A stretch of DNA of 64,000 nt from an uncultured Gammaproteobacteria bacterium (GTDB taxonomy: Bacteria > Pseudomonadota > Gammaproteobacteria > DRLM01). Shown here piece by piece: positions 9,307-20,218 of this stretch. Each line of letters opens with the position of its first letter. Within the stretch, counting starts at the first letter, position 1. The notes under the pieces are model-generated. The model searched no databases and was not told the DNA's origin. It was given only the letters and a program-made list of their open reading frames with translations. Where the stretch lies: contig CAVSNY010000003.1 in assembly GCA_963729605.1 (NCBI GenBank), positions 160,001 through 224,000 on the forward strand, given 5' to 3'. The position numbers were made by a program, and so were the translations under genes.

Positions 9307-12300
9307 CTACCCGTCTCCCAAGGATAATAAAGCGGTGTTGCCGCCTACGGCGGCGGTGTTGACGGTGAGGGTGCGCTCCACTGCGAAGCGCAAGAGATAA
9401 TCCGGGCCGCCGGCCTTGGGGCCGGTGCCGGACAGGCCTTCGCCGCCGAAGGGCTGCACGCCGACCACGGCGCCGATCATGTCGCGATTGATGTAGCAAT
9501 TGCCCACCCGCAGGCGCGATTGAAGGTAATGCGCGGTGGCTTCGATGCGGCTGTGCACGCCGACGGTGAGGCCGTAGCCGGTGGCGTTGATGTCGTCGAT
9601 GACCCGCTCCAGATCGCGCGCCGCGTAGCGGATGATGTGCAGCACGGGGCCGAATACTTCCTGTTGCAGTTGATCGAGGCGGTCGATTTCGAATACCCGC
9701 GGCGCGAAGTAACAGCCGTGTTCGGTGCCCGCCGGCAAGGGTGTTTGATAGAGCAAGCGGCCCGCCGTGCTCATGCGCACGGCGTGTTCGGTGAGGGTGA
9801 GGCGGGCGTTTTCGTCGATGACCGGGCCGATGTCGCTGGCGAGCAGGGCGGGGTCGCCGATTCGCAATTCGGCCATGGCGCCGGCCAGCATCTCGATCAC
9901 CTTGGGCGCGATCTCCTCTTGCAGAAACAAGACCCGCAGTGCCGAGCAGCGTTGGCCCGCGCTGTTGAAGGCGGAGCGGATGACGTCTTTCACCACTTGT
10001 TCGGGCAAGGCCGAGCTGTCGGCGATCATGCAATTTTGACCACCGGTCTCGGCGATGAGGGGCACGATGGCACCTTCGCGCGCGGCGAGGGCGCGTTGCA
10101 GATGTTTGGCGGTGTTGGTGGAGCCGGTGAAGGCGATGCCGGCGATGCGTTCATCGCCGCTGAGCGCCGCGCCGATCACGCCGCCCGCGCCGGGTACGAA
10201 ATGCAATACCGCGGGCGGCACGCCCGCGTCGTGCAGGAGTTGCACGGCGCGGTAGGCGATCAAAGGCGTTTGCCCCGCCGGTTTGGCGATCACCGCATTG
10301 CCGGCGGCGAGGGCCGCGCTCACTTGGCCGGTGAAAATCGCCAGTGGAAAATTCCAGGGGCTGATGCAGGCGAACACGCCGCGGCCGTGGCGCTGTACTT
10401 CATTATGTTCGCCGGTGGGGCCGGGCAAGATCAGCGGCGCGCCGAAATCGCGGCGGGCCCGCGCCGCGTAATAGCGGCAAAAGTCCGCGGCCTCGCGCAC
10501 TTCGCCAAGCGCGTCGGCGACGGTCTTGCCGGCCTCCCGGATACAGAGGGCCATCAGTTCGGCGCGATGGTGTTCGATCTTGTCGGCGGCGTTTTCCAAA
10601 ATGGCGGCGCGTTGTTCCGCGGCCGTGCGTGCCCAGGCCGGCGCGCCCGCCGCGGCGACGGCGATGGCGCGGGTGACGGTGGCGGCGTCGGCGTGAACGA
10701 CGCCGCCGACGCGACGGCGGCGGTCGCTGGGATCGAGCACGGCCCGTTCTTCGCCGTCGCCGGATTTTCCTTCCACTAATGGGGCCGCGCGCCAGGTGGA
10801 TTCGAAGGCGGCGTTTATTTCCTCGTGGAGTTGTTGCAGCGCGAGGGGGTCGGCGAGATTGAGTCCGGCGGAATTGCGGCGGTCGGGATAGAGATGCGCC
10901 GGTGGCGGGATGCGCGGATGGGGTTTCGACGCGAGGGCGGCGGCTTGCGCCACCGGGTCGGCGACGAGTTGTTCGATGGGCGCCCGCGGGTCTTCCAGCC
11001 GGTTGACGAAGGAGGTGTTGGCGCCGTTCTCCAATAAGCGCCGCACCAGATAAGGCAGCAGATCCTCGTGGCTGCCCACCGGGGCGTAGACGCGGCAGGG
11101 CAGCTGAAGGTCGGCGCGGTTCAGTACCTCTTCATACAGCGCGCCGCCCATGCCGTGCAGGCGCTGGAATTCAAAGTCGCGGCGGCGGCCGGCGATTTCC
11201 AGGATGCCGGCGACGGTGTGGGCGTTGTGGGTGGCGAATTGGGGAAACAGCGCGTCGCGGGCCTCGAACAGGCGTTTGACGCAGGCGAGGTACGAGACAT
11301 CGGTGTTGACCTTGCGGGTGAATACCGGATAACCGGCCAGTCCCGCCTGTTGCGCGCGTTTGATTTCGCTGTCCCAATAGGCGCCTTTCACCAGACGCAC
11401 CGGGATGCGTTTGCCCTGTGAGCGGGCGATGTCGATCAGCCAATCCAACACCGGCAGAGCGCGTTTTTGATAGGCCTGTACCGCGAGTCCCAAACCTTCC
11501 CAGGTCCCCAGTTCGTGGGCGCTGAACATCGCGGCGAAGATGTCCAGGGATAAATCGAGACGGTCCGCCTCTTCGGCGTCCAGGGTCAGGCCGATGTCCG
11601 CCCGCCGGGCGGCGCGCGCCAACTCGTGCAGGCGCGGCGGCAGCTCGGCCATCACCCGGTCGTGCTGGGCGAATTCATAACGGGGATGCAACGCCGAGAG
11701 TTTCACCGAGATGCCGGGCCGCGCGAACGCGTTGCCCGTGTTTTTGCCGGTATGGGCGGCGATGGCGTGAATGGCCTTGAGATAGGCCTCGGTATAACGG
11801 TCGGCGTCGTGGCCGGTGAGGGCGGCTTCGCCCAGCATGTCATAAGAGTGGCGATAGGCGCGATGCTCGGGCTGTTCGCTGCGGCGCAGCGCCTCGCCGA
11901 TGTCGCGGCCCATCACGAATTGTTCGCCGAGGATGCGCGTGGCGCGTTTGATGGCGGCGCGGATCACCGGTTCACCGACCCGCACCGCCAGCCGGCCGAG
12001 GAAATGGCCGGTGTCGTCGAGCTGATCGGGCGCCAGCCGCACCACCCGCCCGGTCAGCAGCAGGCCCCAAGTCGAGGCATTGACCAGCAGGGAAGGGCTG
12101 TGTCCGAGGTGTTGGTCCCACTGGCCCTTGGCAAGTTTGTCGCGGATCAGGCTGTCGATGGTCGCGGTGTCCGGGATGCGCAGCAAGGCCTCGGCGAGAC
12201 ACATCAGCACCACGCCTTCCTGCGAGGAAAGGTCGTATTCATGCAGGAAGGCGTCCAACAGGCCTTCCTTGCCTTGTCGGACGCGGACCGCCGTCACCAG

Positions 12301-12456
12301 ATCACGGGCGCGGGTTTGAATGCGGGCGTGCCTTTCGTCGTCGATGGACAAGTCATGCAACAGGGATTCGACATAGGCGGTTTCATCGGCGAGAAAGGCC
12401 TCGCTGATGGCGCGCCGCAAAACAGGGTGAGGTGGCGGTGTCGAAACGAAGCTCAT
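9307..12456 (-). CDS. putA: Bifunctional proline dehydrogenase / P5C dehydrogenase
   Basis: SYDMLGEAA, RLVKGAYWD, QFATHNA, YLVRRLLENGAN, AETGGQN, SAGQRCSALR; no N-terminal RHH domain. Confidence 0.97.
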   Translation of the reverse strand: MSFVSTPPPHPVLRRAISEAFLADETAYVESLLHDLSIDDERHARIQTRARDLVTAVRVRQGKEGLLDAFLHEYDLSSQEGVVLMCLAEALLRIPDTATIDSLIRDKLAKGQWDQHLGHSPSLLVNASTWGLLLTGRVVRLAPDQLDDTGHFLGRLAVRVGEPVIRAAIKRATRILGEQFVMGRDIGEALRRSEQPEHRAYRHSYDMLGEAALTGHDADRYTEAYLKAIHAIAAHTGKNTGNAFARPGISVKLSALHPRYEFAQHDRVMAELPPRLHELARAARRADIGLTLDAEEADRLDLSLDIFAAMFSAHELGTWEGLGLAVQAYQKRALPVLDWLIDIARSQGKRIPVRLVKGAYWDSEIKRAQQAGLAGYPVFTRKVNTDVSYLACVKRLFEARDALFPQFATHNAHTVAGILEIAGRRRDFEFQRLHGMGGALYEEVLNRADLQLPCRVYAPVGSHEDLLPYLVRRLLENGANTSFVNRLEDPRAPIEQLVADPVAQAAALASKPHPRIPPPAHLYPDRRNSAGLNLADPLALQQLHEEINAAFESTWRAAPLVEGKSGDGEERAVLDPSDRRRRVGGVVHADAATVTRAIAVAAAGAPAWARTAAEQRAAILENAADKIEHHRAELMALCIREAGKTVADALGEVREAADFCRYYAARARRDFGAPLILPGPTGEHNEVQRHGRGVFACISPWNFPLAIFTGQVSAALAAGNAVIAKPAGQTPLIAYRAVQLLHDAGVPPAVLHFVPGAGGVIGAALSGDERIAGIAFTGSTNTAKHLQRALAAREGAIVPLIAETGGQNCMIADSSALPEQVVKDVIRSAFNSAGQRCSALRVLFLQEEIAPKVIEMLAGAMAELRIGDPALLASDIGPVIDENARLTLTEHAVRMSTAGRLLYQTPLPAGTEHGCYFAPRVFEIDRLDQLQQEVFGPVLHIIRYAARDLERVIDDINATGYGLTVGVHSRIEATAHYLQSRLRVGNCYINRDMIGAVVGVQPFGGEGLSGTGPKAGGPDYLLRFAVERTLTVNTAAVGGNTALLSLGDG

Positions 12457-12681
12457 GCGTATTCCTCGGCAGCCCGGCCTGGTCGTTATAACATGGAGAT
12501 GATGGTCATGACAGGTATCGGCCCGGGTGGTTCAAGTCACCGGCCGCCTGGTTATTCGCCGCGGTTTGGCGGCGTCCGCCGGCGGGTTTTTTAAGGGGCA
12601 TTTCCCGCTGCCGCCGTTGCGCCGGGGGCCATTCTAGTTTAACCTTGGCCGCCTTTGCAGGCCCCCGCGGCTTGTATTCCC

Positions 12682-13232
<551 letters not shown>

Positions 13233-13279
13233 CTTTATATTCCAGCACGCGCGACTAGCGCGTTGTGACCTCAAATTAT

Positions 13280-13394
13280 GGTGGCCCGGGCCGGTCCTCC
13301 CGCAACGATACGCTGTGAACCCCGTCAGGCCCGGAAGGGAGCAGCGGCAGCAGCGGATTCGTGTGCCGGGGTCGGGCGGGTTCGGGCTGCCACC
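13280..13394 (+). ncRNA. ffs: SRP 4.5S RNA
   Basis: Conserved TCAGGCCCGGAAGGGAGCAGC domain IV; terminal GGTGGC/GCCACC stem; lies upstream of dnaX. Confidence 0.93.
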
Positions 13395-13468
13395 CTTTTC
13401 TCCCGCCGCCGCTGTGAATTCGGTTACAATGCCCGGCATCCTTAGGCGTCGAATGTAACCCCATACCG

Positions 13469-15118
13469 ATGAGTTACCAAGTCCTTGCCCGTAAATGGCG
13501 GCCCCGCAACTTTCAGGAGATGGTGGGGCAGGAGCATGTGCTGCGGGCGCTCATCAATGCCTTGGATAATCAGCGCCTGCACCACGCCTATCTGTTCACG
13601 GGCACCCGCGGGGTGGGCAAGACCACCGTGGCGCGCATCTTCGCCAAGTCTCTCAATTGCGAGCAGGGGATCACCTCCCGGCCTTGCGGTGTCTGCGGCG
13701 CCTGCCGGGAGATCGACGAGGGACGCTTCGTCGATTTGATCGAGGTCGATGCCGCCTCCCGCACCAAGGTGGAGGACACCCGCGAGCTGCTGGAGAACGT
13801 CCAGTACGCGCCGACCAGCGGCCGCTACAAGGTCTATCTCATCGACGAGGTGCACATGCTCTCCACCCACAGCTTCAACGCCCTGTTGAAGACGCTGGAA
13901 GAGCCGCCGCCGCACGTGAAATTCCTGCTGGCCACCACCGATCCGCAGCGCCTGCCGGTGACGATTCTGTCGCGCTGCCTGCAATTCAATCTCAAACGCA
14001 TGGCGCCCGAGACCATCCGTGCCCACCTCACCCATGTCCTGGGACAGGAAAATATTACCGCCGAGCCGGCGGCCTTGACTCAGTTGGCGCGCGCCGCGGA
14101 CGGCAGCATGCGCGACGCCCTGAGTTTATTGGACCAAGCCATCGCCTTCGGCGGCGGCCAGGTCAACGAGGCGGACGTGCGCGCGATGTTGGGGAGTATC
14201 GAGCACGGCCAGGTGGTGGCCCTGGCCGAGGCCCTCGCGGCGCGCGACGGTGCGGCGCTCTTGCGGCACAGCGCCGCGCTGGCGGAATTCGCGCCGGATT
14301 ACGGTGACGTACTGGCGGAATTGATTTCTCTGTTGTATCAGGTGGCGGTGGTGCAGGCCGTGCCGGCCGCCGCCGCCGATGAAATGTATGCGGAAGCGGC
14401 GGCGCGGCTCGCGGGCGTGATGAGTCCCGAGGACGTGCAGTTGTTTTATCAAATCGGCCTGATCGGACGGCGCGATCTGCCCTTGGCGCCCGCGCCGCGT
14501 TCGGGCTTCGAGATGGTGTTGTTGCGGATGCTGGCCTTCGTGCCCGCCGCCGGAGAGGCGCAGGCGAGCGCGCCGCCGGTTGCCGCCGCGCCGCGCCGCG
14601 CCGCGCCCGTGACCGCGGCGCCCGCTATGGTTGCACCGGTATCCGCCTCTTCCGCGCCGCGGCCGCCCGCCGCGGTCGGGCCGGCTGCGTCCGCCATCCC
14701 CAAATCCGTTCCCGGCAGCGCGCCGGCCGCCGCCGCGCATGCCGATGATTGGAGCGCGCTCATCGAGGCCTTGCGCCTGCACGGCATCGCCCGCGAGTTG
14801 GCGGTAAACTGTTCGCTGAAATCCCGTGATGGCGATGTGTTCCATTTGGTGATCGCGCCGGTTCACGCCTCGCTGCGCAATGCCCGGCTCGAGCAACGCT
14901 TGCAGGAATCGTTGAGCACGCATCTAGGTAAACCGGTGAAACTGGTGTTCAGTATCGCCGCGCCGGAGGCGGAAACCCCGGCCTTGATGAAGGAGCGGGT
15001 GAGTCAGGATCGTCTGCGCGCGGCGCAGGAGGCCATAGCGCAGGACGGTAATGTAAAAACTTTGCAGGAGATGTTCGAGGCCCGGGTCGTGCCGGAATCG
15101 GTGCAGCCGGTCGACTGA
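13469..15118 (+). CDS. dnaX: DNA polymerase III subunit gamma/tau
   Basis: MSYQVLARKWRP, GTRGVGKT, IDEVHML, SRC motifs. Confidence 0.97.
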   Translation: MSYQVLARKWRPRNFQEMVGQEHVLRALINALDNQRLHHAYLFTGTRGVGKTTVARIFAKSLNCEQGITSRPCGVCGACREIDEGRFVDLIEVDAASRTKVEDTRELLENVQYAPTSGRYKVYLIDEVHMLSTHSFNALLKTLEEPPPHVKFLLATTDPQRLPVTILSRCLQFNLKRMAPETIRAHLTHVLGQENITAEPAALTQLARAADGSMRDALSLLDQAIAFGGGQVNEADVRAMLGSIEHGQVVALAEALAARDGAALLRHSAALAEFAPDYGDVLAELISLLYQVAVVQAVPAAAADEMYAEAAARLAGVMSPEDVQLFYQIGLIGRRDLPLAPAPRSGFEMVLLRMLAFVPAAGEAQASAPPVAAAPRRAAPVTAAPAMVAPVSASSAPRPPAAVGPAASAIPKSVPGSAPAAAAHADDWSALIEALRLHGIARELAVNCSLKSRDGDVFHLVIAPVHASLRNARLEQRLQESLSTHLGKPVKLVFSIAAPEAETPALMKERVSQDRLRAAQEAIAQDGNVKTLQEMFEARVVPESVQPVD

Positions 15119-15157
15119 TGGAAACCATGCAGCCAACATGTGGTTGAGGAGGACGAG

Positions 15158-15481
15158 ATGAAAGGCGGATTGGGCAACATGATGAAGCAGGCGCAGCGCA
15201 TGCAGGAAAACGTGCAGCGCGCGCAGCAGGAATTGGCGGAGATGGAAGTCACCGGCCAGGCCGGCGGCGGCATGGTCAGCGTGGTGATGACCGGCCGGCA
15301 TGACGTGAAGCGGGTCAACATCGACGCCGGCCTGATGCAGGAAGACAAAGAGATGCTGGAAGACTTGCTGGCCGCCGCGGTGAACGACGCGGTGCGGCAG
15401 ATCGAAACCCGCACTCAGGAAAAAATGGCCAGCGTCACCTCGGGCATGGGACTGCCCGGCGGATTCAAGATGCCGTTTTGA
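15158..15481 (+). CDS. ybaB: YbaB/EbfC nucleoid-associated protein
   Basis: [30 protein letters not shown]; dnaX-ybaB-recR synteny. Confidence 0.95.
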   Translation: MKGGLGNMMKQAQRMQENVQRAQQELAEMEVTGQAGGGMVSVVMTGRHDVKRVNIDAGLMQEDKEMLEDLLAAAVNDAVRQIETRTQEKMASVTSGMGLPGGFKMPF

Positions 15482-16086
15482 TGAACTTGGCGCGGGATAC
15501 TTCGCTCATCGCGGAATTGATGGAGGCGCTGCGCTGCCTGCCGGGCGTGGGGCCGAAGTCGGCGCAGCGCATGACCTATCATCTGCTGCAACGCAACCGC
15601 GAGGGCGCGCGGCGTTTGGCGCAGGCTCTGGCGGGCGCGGCGGAGCGGGTCGGTCATTGCGCGTGTTGCCGCACCTTCACCGAACTGGAGGTGTGCGCCT
15701 TGTGTAGCAGCGCGCAGCGCGATCACGCCCAGTTGTGCGTGGTGGAATCGCCGGCCGATGTCTTGGCGGTGGAACACGCCACCGGTTACCGCGGTTTGTA
15801 TTTCGTATTGATGGGCCACCTCTCGCCCTTGGACGGCATCGGTCCCGAAGAACTGGGCGTGGCGCACTTGCTGGACCGGCTCGCCGAGGGTGAAATCAAA
15901 GAAGTGATCCTCGCCACCAATCCCACCGTGGAAGGCGAGGCCACCGCTCATTACCTCAGCGAGCTGGTGCGGGCGCGCGGTATCAAGGCCAGCCGTATCG
16001 CCCACGGTGTGCCTCTCGGCGGTGAATTGGAATATATCGACGGCGGTACGCTGTCGCACGCCTTCGCGGGACGTAAATCGCTGTGA
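15481..16086 (+). CDS. recR: Recombination mediator RecR
   Basis: [12 protein letters not shown]4 zinc finger, [18 protein letters not shown]. Confidence 0.97.
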   Translation: MNLARDTSLIAELMEALRCLPGVGPKSAQRMTYHLLQRNREGARRLAQALAGAAERVGHCACCRTFTELEVCALCSSAQRDHAQLCVVESPADVLAVEHATGYRGLYFVLMGHLSPLDGIGPEELGVAHLLDRLAEGEIKEVILATNPTVEGEATAHYLSELVRARGIKASRIAHGVPLGGELEYIDGGTLSHAFAGRKSL

Positions 16087-16215
16087 TCCGTTCGCCGTTG
16101 CGCCCGCGGTGCGAACCTGTTTCTTCACGTCGTGAGCAAACCGCGTTGCATGCGCTTAACCTCGGCGCTATACCATGCTAATCTCCGACCTCATGTCTGT
16201 GAGAGGTTATCGCAA

Positions 16216-16611
16216 ATGATGGCGGAAACGGTGTGGGTGGCGGCGGGAACCTATCTGATAATGCTCGCCGCTTTTTACTTGTCTCGTTATCGCTGGGTGC
16301 ACATCCCCATCATGGTCAGCGTGATGTTGTTCGATCTGGCCATGCCGTTTTATCTTTATCTCACCGGCGACTGGTATCGCCGTTTGATCGAGCAGGAAGA
16401 GATATTTTCTTTTCTGATCTGGATGCACGTGGGTTTGGTGTTCACGCTTTATGCGCTGTACTTTCTTCAAATCCAGGCGGCGCGTAAGATATTCCGCGGT
16501 GACGCCGAAGGTCGCGCCGACCACCGTAGTCAAGCCAAGGCGGTACTTTTGGTGAGAGGATTGGTGCTGCTCACGGCGGCTCTATTGGTGGAGCCGGATC
16601 CCGTTTCTTAA
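16216..16611 (+). CDS. Hypothetical 3-4 TM membrane protein
   Basis: GAGAGG RBS before ATG 16216; hydrophobic helices containing His residues. Confidence 0.6.
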   Translation: MMAETVWVAAGTYLIMLAAFYLSRYRWVHIPIMVSVMLFDLAMPFYLYLTGDWYRRLIEQEEIFSFLIWMHVGLVFTLYALYFLQIQAARKIFRGDAEGRADHRSQAKAVLLVRGLVLLTAALLVEPDPVS

Positions 16612-16664
16612 GTCTTGATACTCCGGTGCAGGGGTAAGAGATGTCCTGACCGAGGAGAAATGTT

Positions 16665-17114
16665 ATGCAGTTGACGCTTTATACCGATTATTCGTTGCGG
16701 GTGTTGCTGTATCTCGGGCTGGCGCCGGAACGTACCGCCACGATCACGGAAATCGCCCGCGCCTATGGCATTTCGCGCAACCACCTGGTGAAGGTGGTGC
16801 ATAATCTGTCCATCCACCAATTCATTCTCACTACCCGCGGCCGGGGCGGCGGCATCGGCCTGGCGCGGCCGCCCGAAGAGATCGTCATCGGCGATGTGGT
16901 GCGTCACACCGAAATGAATTTCAATTTGGTGGAGTGTTTCAACCGCGAGCATAATACCTGTCCCATTTCGTCGGCCTGTATTCTCAAAGGCGCTTTATAC
17001 GAGGCGCAGCGCGCCTTCATGGCGGTGCTCGATAAACACACCTTGGCCGATGTCCTTAAAAACAGCGATTGGCTGCGTTCGGTGTTGCGGATGCAGAACG
17101 CGCTCGCGAGTTAA
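16665..17114 (+). CDS. nsrR: Rrf2-family regulator, NsrR-like
   Basis: MQLTLYTDYSLR, SRNHLVKVV, RGRGGG, three Cys (ECF..C..C). Confidence 0.85.
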   Translation: MQLTLYTDYSLRVLLYLGLAPERTATITEIARAYGISRNHLVKVVHNLSIHQFILTTRGRGGGIGLARPPEEIVIGDVVRHTEMNFNLVECFNREHNTCPISSACILKGALYEAQRAFMAVLDKHTLADVLKNSDWLRSVLRMQNALAS

Positions 17115-17297
17115 GAATATTGAATCGGGATGAGATGCGATGCGCGAGGGCATCGCTGATTCACTGAGACGTCCTCCGGCTCTCCCGGGAGGGCTCATCA
17201 AAGTTGATTCCTGTGGCCGCTGTTGGTGATGTCCCAAGGGGCGGGATGGCCGTAGCGCCGGGGGGTCGCTCTTTTCCTAAATGGTATTTCAGGGTCC

Positions 17298-18323
17298 CTA
17301 GGTTTTCATCGCGGCGGCGATGCGCCGGTAACTCGCCAGCCGCCGCGGACTGATTTCCCCGTTGTCGGCGGCCATGCTCACTGCGCAATCCGGTTCGCTG
17401 CGGTGAGTGCAATTGTTGAAGCGGCAGGCGCCGGCGTAGCGGCCGAACTCCAAAAAACCTTCCGCCAGTTCCGCGATATCGACATGCCACAAGTCGAAAT
17501 CGCGCACGCCGGGCGAGTCGATCAGATCGCCGCCGCCCGGCAAATGATACAGCGCCGCCGTGGTGGTGGTGTGACGCCCCTCGCCGCTGTTGGCCGACAC
17601 GGCGCCGATGCGGATCTCCTGCCCGGGGTGGAGGGCCTGGGCGAGCGAGGATTTGCCCACCCCCGATTGGCCGATGATGACGCTGGTTTTGTTGCGCAGG
17701 GCCTCCGTCAACGGCGTCAAGCCTTGCTGTTTTTTCGCGGCGGTAAACAACACCGGATAACCGATGCCGCGATAAATCGCCGCGAGTTGTTCGGCCGCCG
17801 CGCGGCCGCCGTCGCTGAATAAATCCGCTTTGTTGATCAGGATCAATGCGTCGATGCGGCACAGCGCGGCGGCGGCGAGATAACGGTCGATCAATTGTTC
17901 ATCGAGCACCTGATCGTTTTCACTGGCGGTGGCGGCGTCGTGGGCGGGGCGGTGACGGGGTGCGGTGACCACGATGAGTTGATCGACGTTGGCGGCCATG
18001 GGTTTGAGCTGGCCCCGCGGGTCGGGCCGCACCAGCAGCGATTGACGCGGTTCCAGGGCGAGAATGACGCCTTCGTCCAAGTTGGTGGCCTGCCAGCGCA
18101 CGCGGTCGCCGCACACCAACGCGCCGGCCTTTTTGCGCGCCGTGCAGCGATGAACATGGCCTGCGCTATCTTCTATTTCCAGGGCGGCGCCGAAGTTGCT
18201 GATCACCAGGCCGGGCAGGCCGTCCGCGGCGTCGCTGTCCGGCGTTACGGGCGCGGTATGGCGCGAACGCTTGGATGAAGGGCGGGGCGTGAATTTGCTC
18301 ATGCCGTGCGATGAGCCTTTCAT
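17298..18323 (-). CDS. rsgA: Ribosome small subunit-dependent GTPase
   Basis: NKAD, GQSGVGKSS, GRHTTT, DSPG, C..C.H..C zinc site. Confidence 0.95.
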   Translation of the reverse strand: MKGSSHGMSKFTPRPSSKRSRHTAPVTPDSDAADGLPGLVISNFGAALEIEDSAGHVHRCTARKKAGALVCGDRVRWQATNLDEGVILALEPRQSLLVRPDPRGQLKPMAANVDQLIVVTAPRHRPAHDAATASENDQVLDEQLIDRYLAAAALCRIDALILINKADLFSDGGRAAAEQLAAIYRGIGYPVLFTAAKKQQGLTPLTEALRNKTSVIIGQSGVGKSSLAQALHPGQEIRIGAVSANSGEGRHTTTTAALYHLPGGGDLIDSPGVRDFDLWHVDIAELAEGFLEFGRYAGACRFNNCTHRSEPDCAVSMAADNGEISPRRLASYRRIAAAMKT

Positions 18324-19570
18324 CCTGGCCGTGAGTGCGCGGCGAGTTGGGCGATGCGCACCGGCGCCGGCGGATGGCTGTCGTGATAGGCCGAATACCA
18401 GGGATCGGGCGTGAGGGTCGCGGCGTTTTCCTCATAGAGTTTGACCAGGGCGTCGATGAGCGGCTGGGCGCCGGTTTGCCGCGCGGCGAAGGCGTCGGCC
18501 TCGAATTCGTGTTTGCGCATCCAATAGGCGGACAGCGGATGAAACAGGATCGTGAAATAGGGCGCGGCGAACAGGAACAGCAAGAGCAGGGCGGGGGCTG
18601 ATGCTTCTTGCATGCCGAGTCCTTGATAGAACCAGGTCTGGCCGCTCAGCCAGCCGAGCGCCGCGAAGCCGATGAAGGTGGTCACCGCCATCATCAGCAG
18701 GCGTTGGGTGATATGGCCGTGTTTGAAATGGCCCAGCTCGTGGGCGAGCACCGCCTCGATTTCATCGGGGGTGAGGGTCTTCAACAAGGTATCGAAGAAC
18801 ACGATGCGTTTATTGGCGCCGAAGCCGGTGAAATAGGCGTTGCCGTGTTGCGAGCGGGTGGAGCCGTCCATCACGAAGATGCCGCTGCTGGCGAAGCCGC
18901 AGCGCTCCAGCAGGCCGACGATACGGCGATGCAGGTTTTGATCTTGCAGCGGCGAAAATTTATTGAAGAGCGGCGCGATCCAGGCGGGGTAGGCCCACAT
19001 CATGATCAGGCTCAGTCCCATCCAGGCCGCCCAACCCAGCAGCCACCACCACATTCCGCTGGAGGCGAGCAGCCAGAGCAGGAGGGCGATGACGGGGACG
19101 CCGATCAGAATGAATAACAGCCCTTGTTTGAGCAGATCGGTAATGAACAGCCGCGGTGTCGTGCGGTTGAAGCCGAAACGCGCCTCCAGGCCGAAGGTGC
19201 GATAGGCGTCCAGCGGCAGGCTTAATAAACTGGAGATCAATAATACGCTGACCATGAAGCCGATGCCGGGCAGCAGCGAAGCGTGGGAGTCGACGTTCCA
19301 CCCGTCGGCGAGCAGCGCCAGTCCACCGCCGAGGGTCCAGGCCAGGACCAGCAGGGCACCGCTGATGATACTCGTATACTCCAGCCGCATTTTGGCCTGC
19401 GTATAATCCGCGGCCTTTTGGTGGGTGGCGAGCGGGATGCGGCCGTCAAAGGCGGCGGGGACGCGGTCGCGATGGCGTATCACGCTGCGGGATTGCCGGC
19501 GCGCCAGCCACAGTTCGATCGCGCTGGCGAGCAGGACCATGGCAATAAAGATTAAACTGAATTCATTCAT
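18320..19570 (-). CDS. M48 (Ste24-like) zinc metalloprotease
   Basis: NAYFTGFG, AHELGH, EFEAD, SHPP motifs. Confidence 0.92.
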   Translation of the reverse strand: MNEFSLIFIAMVLLASAIELWLARRQSRSVIRHRDRVPAAFDGRIPLATHQKAADYTQAKMRLEYTSIISGALLVLAWTLGGGLALLADGWNVDSHASLLPGIGFMVSVLLISSLLSLPLDAYRTFGLEARFGFNRTTPRLFITDLLKQGLLFILIGVPVIALLLWLLASSGMWWWLLGWAAWMGLSLIMMWAYPAWIAPLFNKFSPLQDQNLHRRIVGLLERCGFASSGIFVMDGSTRSQHGNAYFTGFGANKRIVFFDTLLKTLTPDEIEAVLAHELGHFKHGHITQRLLMMAVTTFIGFAALGWLSGQTWFYQGLGMQEASAPALLLLFLFAAPYFTILFHPLSAYWMRKHEFEADAFAARQTGAQPLIDALVKLYEENAATLTPDPWYSAYHDSHPPAPVRIAQLAAHSRPG

Positions 19571-19654
19571 GATGGGTTCCACGCAGCCGGCCGAGATGCG
19601 TTTTGTTACAATGCGGGGTGATAATCCGTTTAATCAATGCTGGAAGGATGGTCA

Positions 19655-20218
19655 ATGACTCAGGATCCGTTGAATCTCATCTGGATCGACCTGGAAATGA
19701 CGGGGCTCGATACCAACCGCGATTATATCATCGAGATCGCCACCGTCATCACCGATAGCGCGCTCAATATACTGGCGGAGGGCCCGGTGCTGGCGATCCA
19801 TCAGTCCGACGAGACGTTGAACGCCATGGACAATTGGAATCAAAACCAGCATGGCAAATCGGGGCTGATCGACCGGGTGCGCGCCAGCCGGGTGAGCGCG
19901 GCGGACGCCGAGCGGCAGACCTTGGAATTCGTCCGGCAGTATGTGCCGTCGCGCGGCTCGCCGATGTGCGGCAACAGCATCTGCCAGGACCGGCGTTTTC
20001 TTGCCCGCTGCATGCCGGCCTTGGAGGCCTATTTTCACTATCGCAATCTCGACGTGAGCACGGTGAAGGAATTGGCGCGGCGCTGGGCGCCGGCGGTCTA
20101 CGGCGGTTTTACCAAGGAGAGCAGTCATCTGGCCCTCGAGGATATTCGCGATTCGATCAACGAGCTGAGATATTACCGCGAGAGTTTTTTCCGTCTGCCG
20201 GGCGGCCCGTCAGTATAG
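19655..20218 (+). CDS. orn: Oligoribonuclease
   Basis: [30 protein letters not shown]. Confidence 0.97.
   Translation: MTQDPLNLIWIDLEMTGLDTNRDYIIEIATVITDSALNILAEGPVLAIHQSDETLNAMDNWNQNQHGKSGLIDRVRASRVSAADAERQTLEFVRQYVPSRGSPMCGNSICQDRRFLARCMPALEAYFHYRNLDVSTVKELARRWAPAVYGGFTKESSHLALEDIRDSINELRYYRESFFRLPGGPSV

Noticed and set aside
13469-15118. Programmed frameshift in dnaX producing gamma
   Set aside because: No A AAA AAG or long A run seen in the linker region
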